A DNA stretch of 53,104 bases from Pseudolabrys sp. (lineage in GTDB: Bacteria; Pseudomonadota; Alphaproteobacteria; Rhizobiales; Xanthobacteraceae), in the NCBI GenBank assembly GCA_036500165.1, contig DASYCM010000386.1, positions 1-53,104 on the forward strand, given 5' to 3'. Position 1 is the first letter of the stretch. Every line of letters starts with the position of its first letter. The position numbers and the translations under genes were made by a program. The notes under the pieces were generated by a model. It worked only from the letters and a program-made list of their open reading frames with translations, was not told the DNA's origin and made no database searches. Shown piece after piece: positions 19,382-28,909 of this stretch.

Positions 19382-20359
19382 ATGCAAACCAATGTCACCC
19401 GCCGCAACGCCCTTGCCTTGCTCGGCGCATCCCTTCTACCAATGCCGGCTTTCGCCGCCGGCTATCCGGATCGGCCGATCCGGATGATTGTCGCACTTGC
19501 GGCCGGCGGACCGGCGGACGCTGCTGCTCGCGCCTTCGCTCCGTATTTTTCTGAAGCACTCGGCCAAAGCGTGATCGTCGAGAACCGCACTGGTGCTTCC
19601 AGCGTCATCGGCACGGAAGCGGTTATCCGCGCGACACCAGATGGCTACACGTTGTTGTTTGGGTCGAGTTCGACCTTTGCGGTCAATCCGGCGGTGATGA
19701 AGAATCTGCGGTTCGATGTGAACGCACAGCTCAATCTGGTCGGACTGGTATCTTACACACCTCATGTTCTGGTCGTGCGTTCGACACTGCCAGTGAACTC
19801 TCTGGCCGAACTTGTAGCATTGGCAAAACAGCAGCCTGGAAAACTGAGCTACGCCTCGTCGGGCACCGGCGGGGCGATCCATCTCGCGAGCGAATTGTTC
19901 AAGCGCGAAACCGGCACCGATCTAATTCACGTCCCCTATCGTGGTGGCGGCCCTGCTGTACTCGGTCTGCTCGCCAATGACGTTGACGTATTTTTCAGCG
20001 ACCTGAGCACGACTATCGGCAATATTCACAGCGGCCGTTTGAAGGCGCTGGCGATGGCCTGGTCGACACGGTCACCGCAACTTCCGGAGACGCCAACATT
20101 CGCCGAACTCGGCTATCCCGGCGTCGTCTCATCGTCATGGTTCGGATTGGCGACGCCTGTTGAAACGCCCGCCGATATCATCGCCAAGCTGCATCAAGCA
20201 ATGACGCAGACTTTCGCCAATCCGGCCTATCAAGCCGTAATCAAGAAGCTTGGTAACGAGCAATTCACGCTTGATCCCACTCAATCCAAGGCCTTTATCA
20301 AAGGCGAAGTCGACAAATGGGCGTCGGTTGCGAAATCGGCGAATATTCAAATCGAATAA
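19382..20359 (+). CDS. TctC/Bug family TTT substrate-binding protein (Tat signal)
   Basis: TRRNAL signal; YPDRPIRMIVALAAGGPAD and HVPYRGGG motifs. Confidence 0.93.
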   Translation: MQTNVTRRNALALLGASLLPMPAFAAGYPDRPIRMIVALAAGGPADAAARAFAPYFSEALGQSVIVENRTGASSVIGTEAVIRATPDGYTLLFGSSSTFAVNPAVMKNLRFDVNAQLNLVGLVSYTPHVLVVRSTLPVNSLAELVALAKQQPGKLSYASSGTGGAIHLASELFKRETGTDLIHVPYRGGGPAVLGLLANDVDVFFSDLSTTIGNIHSGRLKALAMAWSTRSPQLPETPTFAELGYPGVVSSSWFGLATPVETPADIIAKLHQAMTQTFANPAYQAVIKKLGNEQFTLDPTQSKAFIKGEVDKWASVAKSANIQIE

Positions 20360-20676
20360 GGCACGAGCCACTATACCGTATTATGCATTAAAGGAAGACT
20401 TAGAGCGTAGGCACTCCAGCTGCCGTACTTTTGGATCCCACTGCCGGCAGCGTTTCAGCGTAGCATGCGCTTGACCAAATCGAAGGTCTTTGCTCGCCAG
20501 AGGCCGCAAACCGGGCCAGCCGTATCTCGGGCACCTATCATAGCCTCGAACTGCTAAAGCCGGGCTGGACAGGTCAAATGGTTACCCTGGCTGACAATAC
20601 TAGTTTCGACGATTCAGAAGCTCGTGTAATTTCATAATAATTACTACGAAGCCTCCTGAATGAAGGGCCCGTTTGA

Positions 20677-21444
20677 ATGGACGACAGCTTCGCCAAGGGA
20701 CTACGCCTGCTGGAAGTTTTGTCGGCGGCAGAGAAGCCTTTGGGCCTCACCGAGATTGCAGCACGCTGCAAACTGATCAAGAGCCACACCCATAAATTTC
20801 TGCGGACCCTGCTCGAACAGAATTATGTCGAACAGACGCAGCCACGTGGGCCTTACCGGCTGACATTCAGACTTCTTGAGCTTGGTTCTCGCGCACTTTC
20901 TCGTGCCGACCTCATCAGTGCCGCCCGTATCCCGATGCAGAACATTTCCGCCGAGACCCGGGAGACCTCGACGATCGGGGTCTATGAGAATGGCGAGGTG
21001 ATGTATGTCTACAAAGTCGATGGCACGTACGAAGTGCGTACTAATACCGATATCGGCCGGCGCCGGCCCGCCTATTGTGTGGCTGCCGGCAAGGCTATGC
21101 TCGCGTTCCAGGCGCCGGTGATCGTCGCCAAGGCGGCGACCCATATGAAGAAGCATACAACCCGCACTATTTCGACCGCGGCGAAACTTCGCGACCAGTT
21201 GTCCGAGATCCGCAAGGATGGATATGCGGTAAATTGGGGCGAATGGGTCGAATCGGTCCGCGGTATCGCCGCGCCTATTTTCGACGCAAACGGCAACGTC
21301 ATTGCCGCACTAAATTTATCTATTCCCGCCGAGCGTCTCGACAAAAAGGCGGTCGCCCGAATAGCACCGTTAGTAGTGAGCACAGCAACGCAAATCTCGC
21401 GTGGCCTGGGCTACGCCGGAACGCCGCGCGACACCCCACGCTAG
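20677..21444 (+). CDS. IclR family regulator
   Basis: KGLRLLEVL HTH; YCVAAGKAMLA, IRKDGYAVNWGE and GIAAPIFD motifs. Confidence 0.95.
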   Translation: MDDSFAKGLRLLEVLSAAEKPLGLTEIAARCKLIKSHTHKFLRTLLEQNYVEQTQPRGPYRLTFRLLELGSRALSRADLISAARIPMQNISAETRETSTIGVYENGEVMYVYKVDGTYEVRTNTDIGRRRPAYCVAAGKAMLAFQAPVIVAKAATHMKKHTTRTISTAAKLRDQLSEIRKDGYAVNWGEWVESVRGIAAPIFDANGNVIAALNLSIPAERLDKKAVARIAPLVVSTATQISRGLGYAGTPRDTPR

Positions 21445-21455
21445 GTCGATTGCGG

Positions 21456-22319
21456 CTAGACTGAAGCTGGCAACGCCGCGGTTACACCATCAAACAGTTC
21501 GTCGACGGCGGGACGCCGGTTAATCAGGCGCAAATTGAAACAAGCATCGATCACGGCATCGAGATGCGCGCGGTTGGCATCGAGTCCATATGGAAGGTCG
21601 GTACTCCCCGGCCCTAGCGCAGTCGCCCGCGCCTCCAGCAGCATGCGCCATAGCTCGCGGACCGCATCGGGGCGCTCTCGCGTCAAAGCCGACTTACAGA
21701 CAACCATATGATGCGATTGCATGTCAGGAAACGGCTTTACCCGCGGCGTCGCAGACGTTTCAAACGACACAGCCCTGTATTGCGGCTCCGCCGGCGGGCT
21801 CGCGGTCACGATCGCGTCGACCTCCCCTTCACGTAGCAACTGAAGCAGCGTTTTTCCTGCCACGCGTTGGACGTGAGACGGATCCTGAAAATTTCCTACC
21901 AACGGCCCGTCAATTGCCACCCAATGGATTGCCGCAGGATCGACACCCGCATTACCGATAAGGCATTGCATCCATATCGACGTCGTGGCCGTGTAATAGC
22001 CAACGCCAATTCGTTTGCCTCTCAGGTCAGCCGCACTCAGTGCTGCTCGCGACGCGTCGTAAATTAGTTCGGGTGGTTTGGCCCGCTTGAAAAGATCGGC
22101 GGGCAACAGAACCAGCGAGACATTTTTCGATCTGGCCATCAAAAACGTCGGGACGGACAGTTCCGCCACGTCGTACTTCAGGCCGACAACCTGCTTGAAG
22201 GCTGACGGCGCCGAAGAAACGTCGGCAATGTTCAATGCGATCTTGTCGCCGCGTACCTGGCCCGACTTCAATGCCTCAGTATGGGGATAGCTCCCCAGCA
22301 TAACGTCAAGCGCTGTCAT
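21456..22319 (-). CDS. 4,5-dihydroxyphthalate decarboxylase (OphD)-like periplasmic-binding-fold protein, divergent
   Basis: GSYPHTEALKSG, YDVAELS, DLRGKRIGV..Y.ATT.IW and PYGLDANR motifs; no signal peptide. Confidence 0.7.
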   Translation of the reverse strand: MTALDVMLGSYPHTEALKSGQVRGDKIALNIADVSSAPSAFKQVVGLKYDVAELSVPTFLMARSKNVSLVLLPADLFKRAKPPELIYDASRAALSAADLRGKRIGVGYYTATTSIWMQCLIGNAGVDPAAIHWVAIDGPLVGNFQDPSHVQRVAGKTLLQLLREGEVDAIVTASPPAEPQYRAVSFETSATPRVKPFPDMQSHHMVVCKSALTRERPDAVRELWRMLLEARATALGPGSTDLPYGLDANRAHLDAVIDACFNLRLINRRPAVDELFDGVTAALPASV

Positions 22320-23068
22320 CTCGGATTATGCCGCAGCAAAAAGTCGCGGATGGCTGGAACCGAATAATCGCGGCCCTCGCCCTTCCAGAATTTTAGATAT
22401 TCGCCACGCGGCGCGAGATGCAGAAGTTCTTCTGCCACAGGCGCCGGATGGGCCGTTTCGTTTCCCGGCATGATCAGCATGGGGATCTGGCAGTCCTTCA
22501 CGAATTGGCGGCCGACGCTGTGTACAAACTCAGTGCTGAATAGACGCTCGGCGAAACTGTAAGTCGCCGCGGCATCGAGCGCCGGATTCCCTTTAAGAAT
22601 TCCCGGAACCCAAGTCTCCTTCATCTGTTTGCGCGTATATTCAACGTTGCCCGGCACACGACCGATGGGCTGCATGAGGGCGACCGAAAGAATTCGCTCG
22701 GGCACGATTTCACACAGCTTCAGAGCGAATGTGACGCCGATGCAGGCGCCGAGGACGTGGCACTGCTTGATGCCGAGATGATCAAGCAACGCAATCTGAT
22801 CGCGTGCATATAACTCCCAGCCATCTTCAGCTTTAATCGGGCCGTGGGAGCGCCCCGCGTTACGCTGATCCATGGCGACGACACGAAAATGCGGTGACAG
22901 CGACGTTGTCGGGTCCATCCAGGGCGGTGTCTTGCTGTGATCGCGTGGCGAAGATCGCCAGAATGATATTTGCGAGCGCAGCGACCCAGGCGAGAAGCAA
23001 AGCACCGGAATGCCAGAGCCGTATTCCTCGTAGTTGATTTCGCCGCCTTCAATCGGCATTGTCGGCAT
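22316..23068 (-). CDS. Alpha/beta hydrolase with G-A-C-I-G elbow (copy 1)
   Basis: AMDQRNAGRS and HVLGACIG motifs; 250 aa; paralogue of 46047..46799. Confidence 0.88.
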   Translation of the reverse strand: MPTMPIEGGEINYEEYGSGIPVLCFSPGSLRSQISFWRSSPRDHSKTPPWMDPTTSLSPHFRVVAMDQRNAGRSHGPIKAEDGWELYARDQIALLDHLGIKQCHVLGACIGVTFALKLCEIVPERILSVALMQPIGRVPGNVEYTRKQMKETWVPGILKGNPALDAAATYSFAERLFSTEFVHSVGRQFVKDCQIPMLIMPGNETAHPAPVAEELLHLAPRGEYLKFWKGEGRDYSVPAIRDFLLRHNPR

Positions 23069-23117
23069 GATGCGTTTCTCCCGCAATCGACTTTTTTCTT
23101 AATGCATTGCGTCTGGC

Positions 23118-24074
23118 CTACGGCGCTAGCCGCAGGCCAATTTTTTCCGACAATGCAATCCATTTCTCAGTATCGGCCGCCATAAATTTCCCAAACTGCT
23201 CCGGCGAATTGATCTCGGTCGGCTCGTAGCCTGACTTAAGAATCTGCGCACGGAGTTCTGGATCTTCCAGCCCTTTGCGAATAGCGCCGTTCAACTTCGT
23301 GATGATGTCTTTCGGGGTGCCCTTGGGCGCAACCAGGCCGTTCCACCCAAGAACGTCGAAATCGGGCATGCCGAGCGTATTGAGAGGCTTGAGATCAGGC
23401 ACGAAGGGCGACGGCATGTGCGAGCTGATGGCCAGCCCCCGAATCGCTCCGGCCTGGATTTGCGGCTCTGCCGTTTGCGCCAATGCGAACATCATCTGCA
23501 CGTCGCCACGTAACAGCGCCGTCATCGCACTGCCCGGCTCGCGGTACGGCACATGAACGATATTAATATCCGCCTGAGCCTTGAACATCTCAGCAGCCAG
23601 ATGAGGCGGCGTGCCGATACCCACCGAACCGAAATTGACCTTGCCCGGATGCGCCTTGGCGTAAGCGATCAGCTCCGCCACGTTTTTGACCGGTAACGAA
23701 GGATGAACCGCAAGGACATACTTCACGTCGGTGACTTGCCCGATCGGTTCGAAGTCCTTGCGCAAGTCGAGATTGAAGCGTCCGGTCGCAGTATTGATCG
23801 TATAGGCGGCCGTTGCGAGCAACAACGTGTAACCGTCGGGCGGCGCGGTAGCGACGGCCTGAAGCGCGATAGCCCCACCCGCCGCTGGTTTTTGCTCAAC
23901 TACGACCTGCGTATTGAGCAGGCTGGCGATCTTGGCGCCAAAAAGGCGCGCGGGTGTATCAAGCCCCGGCCCTACGATGATCCGGATGTAGCGATTGGGA
24001 TAATCGTCAGCGGCGTGCGCCGTCTGTACAAAAAGCGATAAAATAAATCCCAGGCAGAGAGCGACGGCTTTCAT
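23118..24074 (-). CDS. TctC/Bug family TTT substrate-binding protein (shortened pincer loop)
   Basis: ATG 24074 with GGAGGA RBS; signal peptide; PPDGYTLL, HVPYR and WNGLVAPKGTP motifs. Confidence 0.92.
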   Translation of the reverse strand: MKAVALCLGFILSLFVQTAHAADDYPNRYIRIIVGPGLDTPARLFGAKIASLLNTQVVVEQKPAAGGAIALQAVATAPPDGYTLLLATAAYTINTATGRFNLDLRKDFEPIGQVTDVKYVLAVHPSLPVKNVAELIAYAKAHPGKVNFGSVGIGTPPHLAAEMFKAQADINIVHVPYREPGSAMTALLRGDVQMMFALAQTAEPQIQAGAIRGLAISSHMPSPFVPDLKPLNTLGMPDFDVLGWNGLVAPKGTPKDIITKLNGAIRKGLEDPELRAQILKSGYEPTEINSPEQFGKFMAADTEKWIALSEKIGLRLAP

Positions 24075-24109
24075 AATATTCCTCCACTGCATCGAGTTCT
24101 TATTATTGA

Positions 24110-25063
24110 TTAGGTTAAGACGCGCACCGGCGTTCCGTTGACGAACGCACGGATGTTCTCGACGACATCGCCATAGTTCTTCTTGTAGTTTTGCTGCGTG
24201 ACGTAGCCGAGGTGTGGCGTCATCACGACATTTTCCAGAGTCCGGAACGGGTGCTCTAGCGGCAAAGGCTCAACGTTGAAGACGTCAAGGCCGGCGCCAC
24301 CGATACGTTTCTGCGTCAGCCCATCGATCAAGGCCTTTTCGTCGACGAGCGGCCCGCGCGAAGTGTTGACGAGGTAGGCCGACGGCTTCATCAACGCCAG
24401 ATCGGCCTCCCCGAGTAGACCGATGGTGCGCTCGCTAAGCTGCATATGAATAGTGACGATGTCGGCCTGGCGTAGCAAATCTTCCTTGCTCGCATAGGCG
24501 ATGCCGGCGGCCTCGGCCTTTTCTGCCGTGAGGTTCGGGCTCCACGCCAGAACGTTCATGCCGAAGGCTTGCGCAATTCTGGCGACCCGTTTGCCAAGCT
24601 TGCCGAGACCGACGATGCCGAGGGTCAGACCTTCGAGGTCGGGTCCGATGGTGACCTGCCAGGGCTGGCCGGCCTTCATGCGCGCGTTCTCGAAGCCGAT
24701 GCGGCGCGTCAATTCGAGCATGAGGCCGAACGCAATACCGGTCGTGGGATTGCCGACACCCTGCGTGCCGCAAACCGTGACGCGGCCTTTACAAGCGGCA
24801 AGGTCGATTGATTTATTCGCCATGCCGGTCGTGATCAGCAGCTTGAGGTCCGGCAAGGCGTCGATCACCTCGCGGGGAAAAGGCGTGCGTTCACGCATCG
24901 CATTAACGATGTGAAAGCCCTGAAGGCTGTGTTTGACCTCAGCCGCATCGGCGAACGGCCTGTCGAAGACGTGAACGTCGACGTCTGACCTGAGGCTCCC
25001 CCAGTCCGCCATTTTGAGAGCAATGTTCTGGTAGTCGTCGAGAATGGCGCAACGATAAATCAT
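24110..25063 (-). CDS. D-isomer-specific 2-hydroxyacid dehydrogenase
   Basis: CAILDDYQ, MRERTPF, GLGKLG, NTSRG, DVF.VEP and TPHLGY motifs. Confidence 0.93.
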   Translation of the reverse strand: MIYRCAILDDYQNIALKMADWGSLRSDVDVHVFDRPFADAAEVKHSLQGFHIVNAMRERTPFPREVIDALPDLKLLITTGMANKSIDLAACKGRVTVCGTQGVGNPTTGIAFGLMLELTRRIGFENARMKAGQPWQVTIGPDLEGLTLGIVGLGKLGKRVARIAQAFGMNVLAWSPNLTAEKAEAAGIAYASKEDLLRQADIVTIHMQLSERTIGLLGEADLALMKPSAYLVNTSRGPLVDEKALIDGLTQKRIGGAGLDVFNVEPLPLEHPFRTLENVVMTPHLGYVTQQNYKKNYGDVVENIRAFVNGTPVRVLT

Positions 25064-25076
25064 AGCATTTCCTTGA

Positions 25077-25490
25077 TCAGGTCTTGGCGGCGACCGGCTC
25101 GAAGGCCGGTAAAGCAATGTCGTCGGCCATCTCGAGAAACGTCACTTGCACCCGCAGGCCGATACTGACGTCGGCGGCCGCGCAATTGACGATGTTCGAC
25201 ATCAGATGCGGGCCTTCATCGAGCGCGACGAGAGCAACCGCGTAGGGAACCATGGCTTCGAATGCGGGACTCGGGGCACGGTGCACGACGGTGAAGGAAT
25301 AGACCGATCCGACGCCCTTCGACGACGACCAGCGAACGGCTTGAGAGCCGCAATGCGGACAAAGCGCGCGTGGATAGAAATGAAATTTCTCGCAGGTCTC
25401 GCACTGCGGCAGCGTGAACTGCCGCTTGCTGGCGCCGGCCCAGTAAGGAGCCGTTGCCGGATCGGGATGCGGTAGCGGTCGGTCGGTCAC
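25077..25490 (-). CDS. DUF35 Zn-ribbon/OB-fold protein
   Basis: CETC...CPHC zinc ribbon, G.VYSFTVVHR and PYAVALVALDEGP motifs; GTG start with GAGGA RBS. Confidence 0.92.
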   Translation of the reverse strand: MTDRPLPHPDPATAPYWAGASKRQFTLPQCETCEKFHFYPRALCPHCGSQAVRWSSSKGVGSVYSFTVVHRAPSPAFEAMVPYAVALVALDEGPHLMSNIVNCAAADVSIGLRVQVTFLEMADDIALPAFEPVAAKT

Positions 25491-25497
25491 GGCGTCC

Positions 25498-26673
25498 TCA
25501 TTGCGGTTGCGGTCCAAAAATCAGCGTGGCGTGCACGCTGGCAACACCACCATTGCCATGCGCAAGCGCCAGCTCGGCGCCTGCGACCTGCCGCTCGCCG
25601 GCCTCACCGCGTACTTGCCGGATCGCCTCCACGACATGAAAGAAACCACCGGGAAGTCCGGGGTGACCGCCTGAGAGTAATCCGCCATGCGTTGTAATTG
25701 GCAGCGCGCCACCAAGCCGGATACGACCGCCTTCGACAAACCGGCCGCCCTCGCCCTTCGGGCAAAAGCCGAGGTCTTCGAGTTCCACAATCACCGTGAT
25801 GGTGAAACAGTCGTAGATTTGCGCGACATCGATATCCGACGGCGTCACGCCGGCGCTTTTGAAAGCGGTGGCACCGGATTCGACCGCGCCTGTTGTCGTG
25901 ATATCGGTGTGTTCGCCGATATGGCTATGGCGCAAACCAAAGCCCTGGCCGAGCAAATACACCGGCTTGGTCTTGTGCCCACGCGCCCGGTCCTGCCGCG
26001 TAACGATCACGGCGGCGGCGCCGTCCGACACGATCGCGCAATCCAGCACATGTAGCGGTGACGTAATCATGCGTGATGACACGACATCGTTGACCGTCAA
26101 CGGCTCGCGTTTGTGGGCATTCAGATTGAGGCTGGCGTGATGCCTGATGGCGACGGCGACCTCGGCGAGTTGTTCGGACGTGGTGCCGAATTCATGCATG
26201 TGCCGCTGCGCGATCAAGGCATAGAGTGACGGCACCAGCGGCCCGTAAGGCACTTCGAATTGAGGATGCGCACTGCCTCCCTCTGCCATACTCTTGACGG
26301 CGTCGGCCCGGCTTTTGTGCGAGAGCAGGTTCTGTCCGGCGACGCACAGAACCGTATGACAGAGACCGGCCTCGATCGCCTGGACAGCCTGGCTGATCAT
26401 CGCCACACCCGATGCACCGGCGAGATCAACCGTGCTCAGGTAGTTCGGCTTGAGGCCGAGTTGATGCGCCACAACACCCGCTGGCATATTCCAGCGCTCG
26501 ACCCGCAAAGGCGTGGTCATGAGGCCATCAATGTCGTGCAACGAGATACCAGCGTCAGCCGCGGCGGCCAACGCCGCGTCCATTTGCAACTGAAGCGCCG
26601 AACGGCCTGGCACGCGGCCGACTTTGCTTTCGCCGATCCCGGAAATTACCGCGTGATGAGGCGCAATCGTCAC
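25498..26673 (-). CDS. SCP2-type thiolase-like protein lacking catalytic Cys (Ltp2-like)
   Basis: DLAGASG, SDGAAAV, AQIYDCFT, THGGLLSGGHP and HGNGG motifs. Confidence 0.88.
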   Translation of the reverse strand: MTIAPHHAVISGIGESKVGRVPGRSALQLQMDAALAAAADAGISLHDIDGLMTTPLRVERWNMPAGVVAHQLGLKPNYLSTVDLAGASGVAMISQAVQAIEAGLCHTVLCVAGQNLLSHKSRADAVKSMAEGGSAHPQFEVPYGPLVPSLYALIAQRHMHEFGTTSEQLAEVAVAIRHHASLNLNAHKREPLTVNDVVSSRMITSPLHVLDCAIVSDGAAAVIVTRQDRARGHKTKPVYLLGQGFGLRHSHIGEHTDITTTGAVESGATAFKSAGVTPSDIDVAQIYDCFTITVIVELEDLGFCPKGEGGRFVEGGRIRLGGALPITTHGGLLSGGHPGLPGGFFHVVEAIRQVRGEAGERQVAGAELALAHGNGGVASVHATLIFGPQPQ

Positions 26674-28850
26674 GACGCCGCTCCGGCGAGGGCCGCAGCG
26701 TCGGTGCTTTTCTTGTGATCTTTTGGCACTAAATTGAAAATGGCATCAATAACCTGGACGCCACGTCCCTTGGGATAGACACGAAGTGGATTGATATCGA
26801 CTTCCGCGATGTCGTCCTGGAGCGCGGCGGCGATCGACGACAGCGTGCTGACAGCCTGACAGAGCGCGTCGATGTCGTAAGGCTCCTGCCCACGCACCCC
26901 TTCGAGAATTGGGAAGGCGCGTAACCCCCTCAACATGGTCAGCGCTTCCGCCGGCGAAAACGGTGGAATACCGAATGCAACGTCCTTCAGGACCTCGACG
27001 TGGATTCCGCCAAGACCGACCATGACCACACGACCGAAAGTCTGATCGGGCGCAACGCCCAGGATCATGTCGATGCCGTCGGCCGGCGCCATGCCCTGCA
27101 CCAGAACACCCTCGATAACCGCGTTGGGATTGTGAGCTTTCGCCGACGCGACGATCTGTTCGAAGGCACGGCGGACAGCAACTTCGCCGGCAATATTGAG
27201 CGCAACGCCGCCCGCCTCGGTCTTGTGAACGATCTGCGGCGAACTGATTTTGAGCGCAACGGCGCCGCCAATCTGCTGAGCGAGGCGCGCGGCCTCGTCT
27301 CCAGTGCCGGCGACCCCTTCCTTCGGAGCCTTAAATTCAAATAATTCAAGCACACGCCGCGCATCGCTTTCGCCAGCGACACCGGCGAAACTCGCGAGCA
27401 GACCCTTCGCCTTTGCCACCTGACCGGCGGCCAGAGACGGCACGAGGTTGGCCGCACGAGACTTGCGTACAAACGAAGCGTAGCCTGCGGCAGCATTCAG
27501 CGCTTTCAGGCAGTTGTGGGCATCCCGATACACCGGCACACCCTGCTCGATCAGGGTACGCGGCGTAAGGCTGGGATTGTTATTGCAACCGCCGGTCCAA
27601 AGGATCGCGCCCGGCTTGTCCAGATCGCGAATGGCGGCGCTGACCTGCTCGATGTCGCTTTGCGCTGCCATGGTCAGGATTGGCACCACAGCATCGATGT
27701 TCGAATCGGCAGCAATGGCTTCGATACAACGGCGATAGGTGCTGGCGCCGCCAATGGCGGCAGACGTCACATCCACCGGATTATTGGCCTGGCCGTGCTT
27801 GGGAAGCACTTCGCCGAGCCTGTCCTGCGTCGCTTTCTCGAAAGGCGGCCACGTCATGCCCAGGCCTCCACCCAAATCGGCCATCAGCACGGCATTGCCA
27901 CCCGATGCCGACAAAGCCGCGAGCGAACGCCCTGCCGGCAGCCGTTTGGTCTGCAGCTGCATGGCGACTTCATAAAGCTCGTTGCAATCGTCGACCCTGA
28001 TGATGCCGCTTTGGCGAAATGCCGCGTCATGGGCTTCGTTCGATCCGGTGAGAGCGCCCGTATGCGAAACAGCGGCGCGAGTCCCCGCTTCGGACCGTCC
28101 CAGCTTCAGCATCACGATCGGCTTGCCAGCGGACGCGGCACGCGCGGCAATTTCCAACAGCCGCTTTCCGTCCTTCAGGACCTCCGCCATCACCATAATG
28201 ACGTCGGTGTGCGGATCGTCGACCATGAAATCCATGAAGGCGAGAATGTCGAGATCGGCAGAGTTTCCGCAGCTCACCTCATAACTCAGACCAAGCCCCA
28301 TCTGCTGCGCACGCCACATCACATTGACCTGCGCAGCGCCGCCGCTCTGCGCCACCAGCGCAATGCGGCCCGCGGGTGCCCTGCCCGCCGCGACAGTCCC
28401 GGTCGACGTGAATGCAAAGCCGTCGACGAAGTTGACGAAGCCGTTGCAGTTCGGCCCGAGAATCCGGATGCCGGTGTCCCTGGCGAAATCGGCGAGCCGC
28501 GCCTGACGCTTGCGACCTTCATCCTCGCCGGTTTCTGCGAAGCCAGCGGAAAATACGGTGGCAAACGGTACACCGAGCGCGGCGCAGTCATCGAGCACGT
28601 CGAAGACACGCGTCGCGGGCACCATGATGCCAACATGCTCCGGCGCACGCGGCAGATCTCGGATCGACGGATAGCACTTCAATCCATTGACCACTTGCGA
28701 ACTTGGATTGACGGGAAAGACCTCGCCACTGGCGCCGAATTGGCGGAGGCGTTGCATCACCTTGCCGCCAAATCTGGACTGGTCCTCGGTTGCCCCTACA
28801 ACGGCAATAGCGGAAGGCGCGAAGAAGGTACGGAGCGACTTATCTTTCAC
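26670..28850 (-). CDS. ADP-forming acyl-CoA synthetase (acetate-CoA ligase family, fused alpha/beta)
   Basis: AVVGAT, FSAGFAE, GPNCNG, QSGG, SHTGAL (phospho-His), ATP-grasp HKTEAGGV and EVDINPL motifs. Confidence 0.93.
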   Translation of the reverse strand: MKDKSLRTFFAPSAIAVVGATEDQSRFGGKVMQRLRQFGASGEVFPVNPSSQVVNGLKCYPSIRDLPRAPEHVGIMVPATRVFDVLDDCAALGVPFATVFSAGFAETGEDEGRKRQARLADFARDTGIRILGPNCNGFVNFVDGFAFTSTGTVAAGRAPAGRIALVAQSGGAAQVNVMWRAQQMGLGLSYEVSCGNSADLDILAFMDFMVDDPHTDVIMVMAEVLKDGKRLLEIAARAASAGKPIVMLKLGRSEAGTRAAVSHTGALTGSNEAHDAAFRQSGIIRVDDCNELYEVAMQLQTKRLPAGRSLAALSASGGNAVLMADLGGGLGMTWPPFEKATQDRLGEVLPKHGQANNPVDVTSAAIGGASTYRRCIEAIAADSNIDAVVPILTMAAQSDIEQVSAAIRDLDKPGAILWTGGCNNNPSLTPRTLIEQGVPVYRDAHNCLKALNAAAGYASFVRKSRAANLVPSLAAGQVAKAKGLLASFAGVAGESDARRVLELFEFKAPKEGVAGTGDEAARLAQQIGGAVALKISSPQIVHKTEAGGVALNIAGEVAVRRAFEQIVASAKAHNPNAVIEGVLVQGMAPADGIDMILGVAPDQTFGRVVMVGLGGIHVEVLKDVAFGIPPFSPAEALTMLRGLRAFPILEGVRGQEPYDIDALCQAVSTLSSIAAALQDDIAEVDINPLRVYPKGRGVQVIDAIFNLVPKDHKKSTDAAALAGAAS

Positions 28851-28870
28851 GAGCGGCTCGCCTGTCGTTT

Positions 28871-28909
28871 GTTCTCATATAAAGAACTATGATCTTATAT
28901 TGAGATCAT
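28871..28909. promoter_or_regulatory. Tandem palindromic operators GTTCT-N7-AGAAC and ATGATCT-N7-AGATCAT
   Basis: Perfect inverted repeats at 28871-28887 and 28889-28909, about 20 bp upstream of the acyl-CoA ligase start. Confidence 0.6.

Noticed and set aside
27516-28892. 458-aa plus-strand ORF and similar long antisense ORFs (12387..13529, 14988..15944, 33138..34157, 34120..35076, 41671..42795)
   Set aside because: All lie opposite well-supported genes; such shadows are expected in high-GC coding DNA.
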